64,000 nucleotides of DNA from an uncultured Acidobacteriota bacterium (GCA_902825985.1 CADEDC010000012.1:29602-93601); one strand, 5' to 3'; numbered from the stretch's first letter, positions 36,923 through 47,876 are shown. The notes: generated from the letters alone by a model not told the origin. Numbers and translations: made by a program.

Positions 36923-38209
36923 GTGGCATTTCGCTCACGCGTCTGGAGGACCCTGATGACTACGCGAACTCTGTTACTGGCGCTCGCGGGCGCCATGTGT
37001 GTGTCGGCCGCCGCGACGGCGGCCGGTCCCGAGGCCCGGCCCGCCCGTCGCCCCGCGGTCCAGCTCGGGCCGCGGCCGTATTTCCTCGTCCATGACATGG
37101 CCGATGGCGCCCTCAAACGCACCCTGCAGCAGTGCTCGGACGGGCCGTTCCACAAGAGTGACTTCTCGATCGGCCACCGCGGTGCGGCGCTGCAGTTTCC
37201 CGAGCACACCGTCGAATCGTACACGGCCGGCGCACGCCTCGGCGCCGGCATCCTGGAGTGCGACGTCACCTTCACCAAGGACAAGGAACTCGTCTGCCGT
37301 CATGCCCAGAACGATCTGCACACGACCACCAATATCCTGCTGACGCCGCTGGCCGGCAAGTGCACGCGCCCATTCTCGCCTGCCGTGCTGGGCAGCGGCG
37401 GTCAGATCATCACGCCGGCATCGGCCGAGTGCCGGACGAGCGACATCACGCTGGCCGAGTTCAAGTCGCTGCGCGGCAAGATGGACGCCTTCAACCCGGC
37501 GGCGCAGACGCCGGCGCAGTTCGTCGGTGGCACCGCCGGCTTTCGGACCGACCTCTACTCGGGGCCGACCAGCGGTACCCTGATGACCCACAGGGAGAGC
37601 ATCGAGCTCTTCAAGAGCCTGGGGACGAAGATGACCCCCGAGCTCAAGAGCCCGAGCGTGGCGATGCCCTTCGACGGCTTCACGCAGGCCGACTACGCGC
37701 AGAAGATGATCGACGAGTACAAAGCGGCCGGGGTGCCGCCTCGCGACCTGTTCCCGCAGTCCTTCGACAAGGGTGACGTGCTGTACTGGATTCGCCACGA
37801 GCCGGCCTACGGCCGCCGGGCGGTGTATCTCGACGACGCGGAGACGGTCGCCGACCTGCCGGGATTCGCCGATCTGGTCGGATACAAGCAGGACGGCATC
37901 AACATCTGGGCGCCGCCGACGTTCGCGCTGCTCACGGTCGACAGTGCGAACCAGATCGTCGCGTCGCAGGCGGCGAAGGACGCCAGGGCGGCAGGCCTCG
38001 ACATCATCACCTGGACACTCGAGCGCTCCGGCATCCTCGCCGATGGCAACAACGGGTTCTACTACCAGACGTTCGATTCCGCCGTCAGCCGCGAGGGCGA
38101 CGTGATGCGGGTGATCGATGCGCTGGCGCGCGACGTCGGCGTCCGGGGCATCTTCAGTGACTGGGCGGCCCCGGTCACCTACTACGCGAACTGCATGGGC
38201 CTCAAGTAG
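36923..38209 (+). CDS. secreted glycerophosphodiester phosphodiesterase family protein
   Basis: [47 protein letters not shown] is the GDPD catalytic block. A signal peptide is present. The start may instead be the ATG at 36956. Confidence 0.85.
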   Translation: MAFRSRVWRTLMTTRTLLLALAGAMCVSAAATAAGPEARPARRPAVQLGPRPYFLVHDMADGALKRTLQQCSDGPFHKSDFSIGHRGAALQFPEHTVESYTAGARLGAGILECDVTFTKDKELVCRHAQNDLHTTTNILLTPLAGKCTRPFSPAVLGSGGQIITPASAECRTSDITLAEFKSLRGKMDAFNPAAQTPAQFVGGTAGFRTDLYSGPTSGTLMTHRESIELFKSLGTKMTPELKSPSVAMPFDGFTQADYAQKMIDEYKAAGVPPRDLFPQSFDKGDVLYWIRHEPAYGRRAVYLDDAETVADLPGFADLVGYKQDGINIWAPPTFALLTVDSANQIVASQAAKDARAAGLDIITWTLERSGILADGNNGFYYQTFDSAVSREGDVMRVIDALARDVGVRGIFSDWAAPVTYYANCMGLK

Positions 38210-38406
38210 CGCGTCGCCCGCCCGTCGCCGCAGCGCGGCGGCACGGCATCGCCGAGTCCGTGCACATCCTCGGACAGCAGGACCGCGCCCGCACGCGCTT
38301 CTCATCCATGGGTCGTCGTGGCTACATCGATGGTCGAGATCACCCGGTCAGTGGCCGGCGGCCGGCGCCGGCCACGGGCGGATCGCGGAAGCGATACGAT
38401 CAGGGA

Positions 38407-39417
<1,011 letters not shown>

Positions 39418-39574
39418 CCGGGCACGAGCGTTGGGTCATCGCGCACCTCGGCGCGCCCGACCGTGAGACGGGTGCTGGGTCAGCTGAAGGATGTCGCGAC
39501 GACGGCAGACGACATCCACCGTGCCTGGGCCCGCATCGCGTGGGCCGGCGACCTCCTGCTCCGACGTCAGCTGC

Positions 39575-40099
39575 TCAGCGGGATGCCGGCTGATAGTACT
39601 GCTTGTACATGCCGCGACGGAACAGGAATCCCCCCAGCGGTCCAAGCCATCTGAGCACGTGGTGCATCCGACCGAGATCGATCATCTCGATCGAGTTGCC
39701 GTCGAAGTCGCGGGCGAAGAAGAACGTGTGGCCGCGCGGCGACCTCTCCGGCCTGGTCACGCACTCCACCCCCTTGCTCACCAGGTAGTCGTACCACTTC
39801 TGCGTGTTGCGGACGTTGAAGCTGATGTGGGTGAGCCCGACCCGATTCCACGGGATGGCGGCCGCCGGCTGCTTCGGTTCGAAGTGGAAGATCTCGAGCG
39901 TGGCGCCGCCCGGCACCCGGATCCAGCCGATCTTGCAGCTCGGCGCCGGACCGTCGATGCCGAAGAAGGTCCGCACGCGGTCGGGCGGCGTCTCCGCGAC
40001 ACCGACGAGCGGACAGCCGAACACGTCCCAATAGAATTGCACCGCACGATTGAAGTCCGACACGGTGATGCCGACATGGCTGAACGATCGCGCTTTCAC
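39575..40099 (-). CDS. VOC (glyoxalase/bleomycin-resistance/dioxygenase) family protein
   Basis: The GTG at 40099 overlaps the GMC stop codon (GTGA). The sequence VKARSFSHVGITVSDFNRAVQFYWDVFG...LTHISFNV...FFFARDFDGNSIEM is a paired beta-alpha-beta-beta-beta VOC pattern. Only the last 174 codons of the 497-aa track ORF look coding. Confidence 0.8.
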   Translation of the reverse strand: MKARSFSHVGITVSDFNRAVQFYWDVFGCPLVGVAETPPDRVRTFFGIDGPAPSCKIGWIRVPGGATLEIFHFEPKQPAAAIPWNRVGLTHISFNVRNTQKWYDYLVSKGVECVTRPERSPRGHTFFFARDFDGNSIEMIDLGRMHHVLRWLGPLGGFLFRRGMYKQYYQPASR

Positions 40100-41640
40100 G
40101 TTGTGGTCTCCGTCAGGTGCGGGGCGGTGCCCAGGTAGTGCGTCTTGAGGTGATCGGCAACGCGCAAGGCCTGCGCGGCAATCGTCAGTGCCGGGTTCAC
40201 GGCCGCCGACGACGGGAAGAAGGACGCGTCGACGACGAACAGGTTCTCGACGTCGTGGGCGCGGCAGAAGGGGTCGAGCACCGAGCGGCGCGGATCGCCG
40301 CCGAACGCCAGCGTGCCGCACTGGTGTGTGGTGTTGCGGGACCGGTGCGAGTGGGTCATCACGACCCAGAAGCCGAGCCGCCGCAGGATCCGCTTCATCT
40401 CGCGCACGAGCTGCTCGTGCGCCCGGACGTTGTTCGGCCGGTAGTGCAGCTGGATCCGCCCGTCCCGTGACAGCGTCACCCGGTTCTCGTCGCGCGGCAG
40501 ATCCTCCGACATCGCCAGCCAGTCCACGCCGCGCGCCACCCAGGCGTCGTAGGCCCACAAGGGGATCGCCGGCGCGACGGTCTGCGCCATCACGCCGTGC
40601 GTCCGCCCCTGCGACTGGATCTGGCCGAGCGGATACGTCGTGTGCGGGCCGCGGAAGTAGTAGTCGTTGATCGCCACCGTCTTCTGGAACACGGTGTCGT
40701 TCGGCCGGAACGGATGGAACCCCTGCATCATCGTCGCGAGATGCGCCATGTAACGCCGGCCGACCAGACCGGACGAGTTGGCGAGGCCGTGCGGATGCCG
40801 GTCGGACGTCGAGCGGAGCAGCAACGCCGCCGAGTTGACCGCCCCGCACGACACGATGACGAGAGGCGCTTCGACCTGCGAGACGCGGGTGCCGCGGACG
40901 ACCTCGACGGCCGCGACCCGCGTGCCGGCGGCATTGGTCACCAGCCGCTGCGCATACGCCCCCGTCTGCAGCGTCACCGTCGCCCGGGTGGTCGACGGGC
41001 GGACGCAGCAGACGTCGGCATCGCTCTTCGCGTGGATGCGACACGGGAACGAGTTGCAGGTGTTGCACAGCTGACAGCCGTCGGCTTCACCCGGGCGGAT
41101 CAAGCCGAGTGGCAGCGGCGCCGGATGCAGTCCGAGCCGGCGCAGCTGCTCGACGAGCCGGGCGACGGCCGGCGCATGCGGCACCGGGCCGTGCGGGAAC
41201 GGTCCGCGCGGCGGGTCGGTCGGATCGGCGCCCTGCAGTCCGTGGACGTGGTAGAGCCGCTCGGCGCGATCGTAGTAGGGCGCGAGCGTCTCGTAGTCGA
41301 TCGGCCACTCGGGCGACGTGCCGTCGACGTGTTCGATGGCGCCGAAGTCCTCGCGGCGCAGCCGATAGAGGACGGAGCCCCAGAACTTCGAGTTGCCGCC
41401 GACGTTGTAGTGCGTGTACGGCTGGAACTCCTGTCCGTGCTCGTCGAGCCAGCGCTCGGTCGTCCGATAGCGCAGGTCCTTCCACACCGCCGCCGGATCC
41501 CAGTTCTCGAGCTCCTGGGGCACGAAGTCGCCGCGCTCGAGGATGAGTATGCGCGCCCCGGTGTCGGCAAGCGCGTGCGCCATGGTGCCGCCGCCGGCGC
41601 CGCTGCCGATGATGATGACGTCATAGCGTTCGCGCGGCAT
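40096..41640 (-). CDS. GMC-family FAD-dependent oxidoreductase
   Basis: The ATG at 41640 gives MPRERYDVIIIGSGAGGGTMAHALA (an FAD GxGxxG motif). The C-terminal block is HQCGTLAFGGD...NLFVVDASFFPSS. Confidence 0.9.
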   Translation of the reverse strand: MPRERYDVIIIGSGAGGGTMAHALADTGARILILERGDFVPQELENWDPAAVWKDLRYRTTERWLDEHGQEFQPYTHYNVGGNSKFWGSVLYRLRREDFGAIEHVDGTSPEWPIDYETLAPYYDRAERLYHVHGLQGADPTDPPRGPFPHGPVPHAPAVARLVEQLRRLGLHPAPLPLGLIRPGEADGCQLCNTCNSFPCRIHAKSDADVCCVRPSTTRATVTLQTGAYAQRLVTNAAGTRVAAVEVVRGTRVSQVEAPLVIVSCGAVNSAALLLRSTSDRHPHGLANSSGLVGRRYMAHLATMMQGFHPFRPNDTVFQKTVAINDYYFRGPHTTYPLGQIQSQGRTHGVMAQTVAPAIPLWAYDAWVARGVDWLAMSEDLPRDENRVTLSRDGRIQLHYRPNNVRAHEQLVREMKRILRRLGFWVVMTHSHRSRNTTHQCGTLAFGGDPRRSVLDPFCRAHDVENLFVVDASFFPSSAAVNPALTIAAQALRVADHLKTHYLGTAPHLTETTT

Positions 41641-41660
41641 CGCCTGCCCGGCCGACCGGC

Positions 41661-42662
41661 TCACGGCCCGACCGCCGGCGTCGGCGCGCCGACCGTCGCG
41701 TAGACCTGCTCCATCAGCCGCTGGTCTTCCCTCGCCCGCTCGAGGCTCATCTCGGGCTGCCGTCCGTCGCGAATCGCGGCGGCGAAATCGCGATACATCG
41801 CCCGGTAGCCGCGGATGTCGGACAGACCGGGCCACACCACCTTCGGCATCCCCGGTCCGCGCGCGACGATGAACAGGCCGTTCGATTCGAAGGTGATGAT
41901 GCCGGCGCGGCCGAACAGCTTGGAGACGCGCAGGCCCCTGAACAGCGACGGCACCTCGCGCGAGTAGAACAGCGAGCCGACGCCGCCGTTGTCGTAGCGG
42001 AACGCGACCATCATGCTCTTGACGCGGCGGTCGGGGCCGGCCGGCGACGGCGTCGGCTGATAGCCGTGGATGTCGACGATCCGCGGTCCCAGGCTGCCCG
42101 CGAGGTGCAGCCAGTGGATCCCCTCTTCGAAGAACGCGTCACCGCCGGCCATCGCTTCGTCGTTGCGCCAGTCGTCGGCGCTCTTCAGGCGCCGCGCGAT
42201 CGTCGTGAAGTGGGCGAAGACCAGTTCGCCGATGACGCCGCTCGCCAGCACCTGGCGCAGCGACACGGCCAGCGGCTTGTAGTGATCGTTCTCGCCGACG
42301 ATGACGACCCGCCGGGCGCGGTCGCGCGCCGCGATCACCGGCGCGAAATCGGCGAGGCGCGGGAACGCCGGCTTCTCGACCAGCACGTGCTTGCCGGCGG
42401 CCAGCGCCCGCAGCGTCAGGTCGAGATGGAACCGCGGCGGCACCGCGATGACCACCGCGTCCACCTGCGGGTCCTCGATGGCGGTCAGGTAGTCGGCATA
42501 GCTGCGAACGCCGCCATAGCGGCGGCAGAACTCCTCCGACCTCGCCGCCTCGCGGCTGGCGTAGGCACGGACGATTCCTGGTTGAAGCTTCTTGAGGTTC
42601 TGGCTGTGGACCCGGGTGATGAAGCCACACCCGAGAAAGGCGATGCGGAGCGGATCAGCCAT
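41661..42662 (-). CDS. Gfo/Idh/MocA-family NAD(P)-dependent oxidoreductase
   Basis: MADPLRIAFLGCGFITRVHSQNL is a Rossmann N-terminus, and VLVEKP is the family motif. The start was chosen at 42662, though the track ORF extends to 42686. Confidence 0.85.
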   Translation of the reverse strand: MADPLRIAFLGCGFITRVHSQNLKKLQPGIVRAYASREAARSEEFCRRYGGVRSYADYLTAIEDPQVDAVVIAVPPRFHLDLTLRALAAGKHVLVEKPAFPRLADFAPVIAARDRARRVVIVGENDHYKPLAVSLRQVLASGVIGELVFAHFTTIARRLKSADDWRNDEAMAGGDAFFEEGIHWLHLAGSLGPRIVDIHGYQPTPSPAGPDRRVKSMMVAFRYDNGGVGSLFYSREVPSLFRGLRVSKLFGRAGIITFESNGLFIVARGPGMPKVVWPGLSDIRGYRAMYRDFAAAIRDGRQPEMSLERAREDQRLMEQVYATVGAPTPAVGP

Positions 42663-42763
42663 CAGGGACTTGGGTCGCCGCCGCACGCCGGGACACCGCA
42701 GCCCGCCGCGACGGAAGGTCGATTATACCTGCGCGCTGCGCCCGACCGGCCCGGCCGCCCGCG

Positions 42764-43681
42764 TCACGACGGCGGTGGCAGGCGGCTGGCCGGCACGCCG
42801 AGCGCAATCGCCAGATCCCTGAGCTGCCGCTGCACGAGGCGGGCGTTGTCCGGCCCCATGCGCAGCAGATGGTGCTGGGCACCGTTCAGCCCGTCCAGGC
42901 GGGCGTCGGCGAACTTGTAGCCGATGCCGGCCGGCTCCACGGCCAACGGCCGCTCGGGGACCGGCGTCTGCAGCAGGACGATGATCGCCCGCTCGAGCGT
43001 CCGGTCGAAGGGCCCGCTGCTGCCGAGTTCCGCGCTGGCGTCCTCGATGCGCGGCCTGAGCGTCGCATAGAGCTGGGCCGCCGCCGCGGCGTCGAGCGAG
43101 GCGAAGCCGGCGGCCAGTTCGTCGTAGCGCCGGTAGCTGCGCGGATCGATGAACAGCCCGGTGCCACGCTCGACGACCTGGAAGGCACCAGCCGGCTTGA
43201 GGACCGCGACACGCCCGGCCGGCGTGCCGCCGTCGGCGATGTTCGTCACGACGGTGACGAAATTCCGGATCAATCCGTCGGTGGTGAGCCAGGCCGCCAC
43301 GCGCGGGTGCGCAGAAAGACGCGGCACCCAGGTCCGCACGAAGGCGTCGCTCATCTCGAGCGGCGGGACGTCGCCGGGAAACGGATTGCCGCCGAGCGCG
43401 ACCGGCGGCGGCGCCGGCGGGTCGGTGACGGGCGCGACCGCCGCCGCGGCCTCGTCCGGCGGCGCCGGCCGGAGGTACCAGTAGCCGCCCGCCAGCAGGG
43501 CAGCCACGACCGCGACGACCGCGACCAGCGGCCACGGCCCGGTCCCGGTGCGTCCAACAACCGGGCGGTCCAGTTCGTCCGGCGTGCGAATCAGGTCGGG
43601 CTCGGTGGGCTCGGGCATCTCATCCTCCCCGCCACCTGAACGTGTGGCGCGACCGCGAACCGGGGTGCGCATCAACGGCAC
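42764..43681 (-). CDS. membrane-anchored DUF3014-like protein
   Basis: There is a single TM helix, WPLVAVVAVVAALLAGGYWYL. The pattern LEMSDAFVR...LIRNFVTVVTNIADGGTPA...FIDPRSYRRYD resembles DUF3014. This assignment is from memory and has not been searched. Confidence 0.6.
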   Translation of the reverse strand: MPLMRTPVRGRATRSGGGEDEMPEPTEPDLIRTPDELDRPVVGRTGTGPWPLVAVVAVVAALLAGGYWYLRPAPPDEAAAAVAPVTDPPAPPPVALGGNPFPGDVPPLEMSDAFVRTWVPRLSAHPRVAAWLTTDGLIRNFVTVVTNIADGGTPAGRVAVLKPAGAFQVVERGTGLFIDPRSYRRYDELAAGFASLDAAAAAQLYATLRPRIEDASAELGSSGPFDRTLERAIIVLLQTPVPERPLAVEPAGIGYKFADARLDGLNGAQHHLLRMGPDNARLVQRQLRDLAIALGVPASRLPPPS

Positions 43682-43721
43682 CTGGCTTTTAGACGCGCCG
43701 CCGCCGATCGCGGTCGTCAGG

Positions 43722-44525
43722 TCAGACCGCGGTCACCGACTCCTGCCGCACGCGCGCGAGCCCGACGGCCCGCAACGCGGAGAAGTACCAGTATCCCGGA
43801 TCGAGTTCGCCGGGCCGCATCGAGAACCTCGCGGCGTTCTGGATGTGGTGGTGGTTGTTGTGCAGCGCTTCCCCACACGTCAGCACCGACCAGATCCGGC
43901 CGGGCAGGTTCCGCGACGCGTCGGGCGTCGAGAAGTTGCGGTAGCCCCACCAGTGACCGAGTCCGTTGATGACGCCGGCGGCGAAGAACGGGATCCAGGC
44001 CATCTCGACCAGCCACATCGCCAGGCCGACGGTTCCGAACAGCCAGAGATTCAGCGCCAGCGTGACGAACGGTCCGGTCAGGCTGATCGGATCGTAGAGG
44101 TAGCGCTCCAGCACATCGTCCGGCGTTCCCTTGCCGTACTGCTCGACGATGGCGGCGTTGTGCGCCGCGCGATGGTAGAGGGCCGTGCCCAGGAACAGGA
44201 CGCGCCAGATGCCGTAGACGATCGGGCTGTGCGGGTCGTCCGGCCCGTCGACATGAGCGTGATGACACCGGTGCACCGCCACCCATTCCCTGGTCGGCAT
44301 GGCGGTGCGCGCCCACAGCCAGAAGCGCATGGCGTGGGCGACGACCGGATGCAGGACGATCGCGCGATGGGTCTGGCAGCGGTGCAGGAACAGCGTGACG
44401 CAGGTGGTGGTGATATGCGTATCGAGCAGCGTCAGCAGGACGTACGCCCAGCCGGGCAGCGACGGCCAGAGCGCGTGGGCGTCGACCCAGGCGCCGGCCG
44501 CGGACAGCGAAGCGCTGATGTGCAT
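43722..44525 (-). CDS. membrane fatty-acid desaturase (second copy, short type)
   Basis: The His boxes are HRCQTHRA, HRCHHAHVDGPDDPHSP and GEALHNNHHHIQNAARF. Confidence 0.85.
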   Translation of the reverse strand: MHISASLSAAGAWVDAHALWPSLPGWAYVLLTLLDTHITTTCVTLFLHRCQTHRAIVLHPVVAHAMRFWLWARTAMPTREWVAVHRCHHAHVDGPDDPHSPIVYGIWRVLFLGTALYHRAAHNAAIVEQYGKGTPDDVLERYLYDPISLTGPFVTLALNLWLFGTVGLAMWLVEMAWIPFFAAGVINGLGHWWGYRNFSTPDASRNLPGRIWSVLTCGEALHNNHHHIQNAARFSMRPGELDPGYWYFSALRAVGLARVRQESVTAV

Positions 44526-44537
44526 CAGGGCCGGTGC

Positions 44538-45029
44538 TCAGGGCTGCGTCCGGCTGCCGAGTTCGCGATCGAGATCGAGCAGTGAACCGGGATCGTCGCC
44601 GACCAGCCGGAATTTCGCGACGATCTCGCGCGCCGTCTTCTCCTCTTCGACCTGCTCGGTGAGGAACCACTGCAGTTCGGTCATCTCGGCAAAGGCCTTG
44701 TTCTTGAAGCACAGTTCGTAGAGCGAGTTGATCTGGCTGGTCACCGACTCTTCCTGGCGGAGTGCGGCCTCGAACACCTCCCCGAACGATTCGAACTCGC
44801 GCGTCGGTGTCTCGATCCGGGTCAGTTCGACGGCGCCGTTGCGCGCGTTGACGAAGTCGAACAGCTTCATGCCGTGCTGGTACTCCTCGGCGCTCTGCGA
44901 TTTCAGCCAGCGCGCCGCGCCCGTGAACTTCTCGCGGTCGCAGAACGCCGCCATGGCCAGGTACTGGTACCAGGCGCTGAACTCCGAGTTGATCTGGACG
45001 TTGATCGCGCGCAACACATCGGCATGCAT
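44538..45029 (-). CDS. ftn: ferritin
   Basis: LRAINVQINSEFSAWYQYLAMAAF...AEEYQHGMKLFDFV is a ferritin-like di-iron helix bundle. It ends 12 nt upstream of the desaturase gene. Confidence 0.9.
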   Translation of the reverse strand: MHADVLRAINVQINSEFSAWYQYLAMAAFCDREKFTGAARWLKSQSAEEYQHGMKLFDFVNARNGAVELTRIETPTREFESFGEVFEAALRQEESVTSQINSLYELCFKNKAFAEMTELQWFLTEQVEEEKTAREIVAKFRLVGDDPGSLLDLDRELGSRTQP

Positions 45030-45331
45030 GAAGAATGTCTCCTTGTTCGATTACGCAACCGGCGACCGCGACCGCCGGACTCTGCGTCGGCGCCGCCGCA
45101 CGGGATGCCGTCGCGGCGCGGCGGCCGGCGTGTCCACCATTATCGGCGGCGACCGGACCAGGCTGGTCCAGCGCGTGCCGACCGTCATGGTAGCGTGCCG
45201 CTCGTCATGGTAAAGGAAAGCCGACCGTCGGCACGCACGATCGGGTGCTGGCCGCGACCGAGACGAGCCGGTGCTGTGCCCCTGACCCCTCACGGCCGCG
45301 GGCGCGTCGCTCGAGAGGCCGGCCGGTTATA

Positions 45332-45356
45332 GAGATTGAGTCTCAATTTCAATCTC
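45332..45356. promoter_or_regulatory. nested palindromes in an AT-rich island (candidate operator)
   Basis: GAGATTGA (45332-45339) pairs with TCAATCTC (45349-45356). The inner palindrome is ATTGAG-T-CTCAAT (45335-45347). It lies 56-80 nt upstream of the kinase start at 45412. Confidence 0.3.
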
Positions 45357-45411
45357 AGACAATATAACCCATCCTCCAGCCGGTCAACACGATTCTCGCC
45401 GTCCACGCCCC

Positions 45412-47082
45412 TTGGCGGCACGCCGTCCATCGGGTAAGGTCCTGCTCAGCCCTTCGATGCTCGTCCCACCTGCCCCCGACGCGCCGCGTGACCTCGCCGA
45501 ACTCCGCGAGAGCGAAGAACGGCTCCGCCTCGCGTTCGCCGGCGCTCAGGAAGGCGTCTGGGACTGGAATCTCGAGACCGGCGCGGTGATCTATTCCGCC
45601 CGGTGGCGCGAGATGCTCGGCTATGACGCCGACGACGTCGAACCGCACGTCCGCGCCTGGGAACGGCTGATTCACCCCGACGACCGCGAGCCGGCCCTCG
45701 CGGCGACCAGCCGCCTCGCGCACGGCGGCGACGCCTATCGGGTGGAGTGCCGGCTGCGGCACAAGGACGGTCACTGGGTCCACGTCGTCTCGCGTGGCTA
45801 TCCGGTCCGCGACCCGGCCGATGGCCGCGTCGTCCGCATCGTCGGCACGCATCTCGACCTCAGCGAGCGCAAGCAGGCGGAGCTGGCGCTGCGTGAGAGT
45901 GAAGAGCGCCTCACGCTGGCGTTCGCCGGCGCGCAGGAGGGCGTGTGGGACTGGAATCTCGAATCCGGCGCCGTCGTCTACTCGAAGCGGTGGAAGGAGA
46001 TGCTCGGCTATGACGACGCCGAGGTCGAACCGCATGTGAGCGCCTGGGAACGGCTGCTGCATCCCGACGATCGCGCCAAGGCCGACGCGGTCAACCGGCT
46101 GGTCATGGAGGGCCATCCGTCGTATGAAGCCGAGTTCCGCCTGCGGCACAAGGACGGCCACTACGTGCATGTCCTGTCGCGCGGCCTGCCGATTCGACGC
46201 ATCCCCGAGGGACCGGTCGTCCGCATCGTCGGCACCCACTTCGACCTCACCGAACGCAAGCGCGCCGAGGATGCGCTCCGGCAGGCGCAGGAGGAGCTCG
46301 AACGCCGCGTCGACGAGCGGACCGCCGAACTGGCCCAGGTCAACACGTCGCTGAGGCAGGAGATGCGGCGGCGCGAGCGGGCGGAACGCGCCCGCACCGA
46401 CCTGCTCGGACGGCTGGTGTTCGCGCAGGAAGACGAACGGCGCCGCATTGCCCGCGAGATGCACGATCAGTTCGGCGAACATCTCACTGCCCTGGCCCGC
46501 TGCGTCGACCGACTGACGGCGCTGGCCGATGCCGACCCGCGCCTCGCCTCCGAGGTCAGGACCCTGGACCATGTCGCCCAGCGTCTCGACCGCGATGTCG
46601 AGCATCTCGTCTGGGAACTGCGCCCGACGGCGCTCGACGACCTCGGGCTGCGCGCCGCGCTCGCCAACTACGCGAAGGACTGGTCGGCGCGCGTCGGCAT
46701 CCCGGTGAAGATGCACACGTCGGGGCTGCTCGACGAGCGGCTGTCGTCCGACGTCGAAACCACGCTCTACCGCATCGCCCAGGAGGCGCTGACCAACATC
46801 GCCAAGCACTCGCGGGCGACGCACGTCGAGGTCATTCTCGAACGACGCGGGCACGCGGTGGTGCTGATCATCGAAGACAACGGCATCGGTTTCGACGCGG
46901 ACGGCGGCAGCGAGCCGCCGGACGATGGATCGCGCAGCTTCGGCCTGCTCGGCATGCAGGAGCGGGCCGCCCTCATCGGCGCCACCTTGACGATCGAATC
47001 GACGGTCGGGCAGGGCACGACGGTCCTCCTCAGGATGACCGCCGACATCCAGACGAGCCCGCAGGGCCTGGCGCATGGCTAG
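45412..47082 (+). CDS. cytoplasmic tandem-PAS sensor histidine kinase (HisKA_3 type)
   Basis: It has two ~70% identical PAS modules (LRESEERL.LAFAGAQEGVWDWNLE.GAV.YS...). The H-box is IAREMHDQFGEHLTAL. The HATPase boxes are EALTNIAKHS, DNGIGF and FGLLGMQERA. The track start is a TTG, so the true start is uncertain. Confidence 0.9.
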   Translation: MAARRPSGKVLLSPSMLVPPAPDAPRDLAELRESEERLRLAFAGAQEGVWDWNLETGAVIYSARWREMLGYDADDVEPHVRAWERLIHPDDREPALAATSRLAHGGDAYRVECRLRHKDGHWVHVVSRGYPVRDPADGRVVRIVGTHLDLSERKQAELALRESEERLTLAFAGAQEGVWDWNLESGAVVYSKRWKEMLGYDDAEVEPHVSAWERLLHPDDRAKADAVNRLVMEGHPSYEAEFRLRHKDGHYVHVLSRGLPIRRIPEGPVVRIVGTHFDLTERKRAEDALRQAQEELERRVDERTAELAQVNTSLRQEMRRRERAERARTDLLGRLVFAQEDERRRIAREMHDQFGEHLTALARCVDRLTALADADPRLASEVRTLDHVAQRLDRDVEHLVWELRPTALDDLGLRAALANYAKDWSARVGIPVKMHTSGLLDERLSSDVETTLYRIAQEALTNIAKHSRATHVEVILERRGHAVVLIIEDNGIGFDADGGSEPPDDGSRSFGLLGMQERAALIGATLTIESTVGQGTTVLLRMTADIQTSPQGLAHG

Positions 47083-47734
47083 CCACCCGACGGTACTGCG
47101 CGTGCTGCTCGCCGACGATCATCTGACCGTCCGCCATGGTCTGAAGCTGCTCGTCGACAGCCAGCCGGACATGACCGTCGTGGCCGAGGCCAGCGACGGC
47201 GACGGCGCGATGCGCCAGGCGCTTGCGCACCAGCCGGACGTCGTCGTGATGGACATCTCGATGCCAGGTACCAACGGCCTGACGGCGACCCGTGGCTTGC
47301 GGCAATCGCACCCCGCCATTGCCATCGTGACCCTGACCCGCCATAGCGACGATGCGTACCTGGAAGAACTGCTCCGCGCCGGCGCATCGGGGTACGTGCT
47401 GAAACAGAGTCCGCCCGCCGAACTGCTGCAGGCCATCCGCGCCGTGGCGGCCGGCGGGCAGTACATCGATTCGGCGCTGACCGGACGGCTGACCGCCAGC
47501 TTCCTCGAACGTGACGGCGGCCGGACGTCGAGCGGCGCTCCGAGCGATCGCGAGAACGAAGTCCTGCGGCTCATTGCCGCCGGCTACAGCAACAAGGAGA
47601 TCGCGGCGCGTCTCTCGCTGAGCGTCAAAACGGTGGAAACGCACAAGGCCAACGGCATGCGAAAGCTCGGCCTCACCGGCCGCATCGATGTCGTCCGCTA
47701 CGCGCTTCTGCAAGGGTGGCTCGGCCCGTCCTAG
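47075..47734 (+). CDS. NarL/LuxR-family response regulator
   Basis: REC domain (VLLADDH, DVVVMDISMPG) plus a LuxR HTH (SDRENEVLRLIAAGYSNKEIAARLSLSVKTVETHKANGMRKL). It overlaps the kinase gene by 8 nt. Confidence 0.95.
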   Translation: MASHPTVLRVLLADDHLTVRHGLKLLVDSQPDMTVVAEASDGDGAMRQALAHQPDVVVMDISMPGTNGLTATRGLRQSHPAIAIVTLTRHSDDAYLEELLRAGASGYVLKQSPPAELLQAIRAVAAGGQYIDSALTGRLTASFLERDGGRTSSGAPSDRENEVLRLIAAGYSNKEIAARLSLSVKTVETHKANGMRKLGLTGRIDVVRYALLQGWLGPS

Positions 47735-47876
47735 TCCCGCCTCGCCCCGGTCGCCGGACGTCCGCACAGCCCGCTCAGGGGATTCCCTGAGCCGAATGCG
47801 GCATCTTCCCGATTTCCCGTCGTGACCGGCGCGCGTACAGTTTGCTCGCTCCCTCCCTCCTGCGCGATGAGGTGTC

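Noticed and set aside
40100-41068. The upstream two-thirds of the 497-aa ORF 39575-41068.
   Set aside because: This part is out-of-frame overlap with the GMC oxidoreductase gene and has no VOC-like sequence. Only the last 174 codons, from the GTG at 40099, are VOC-like.
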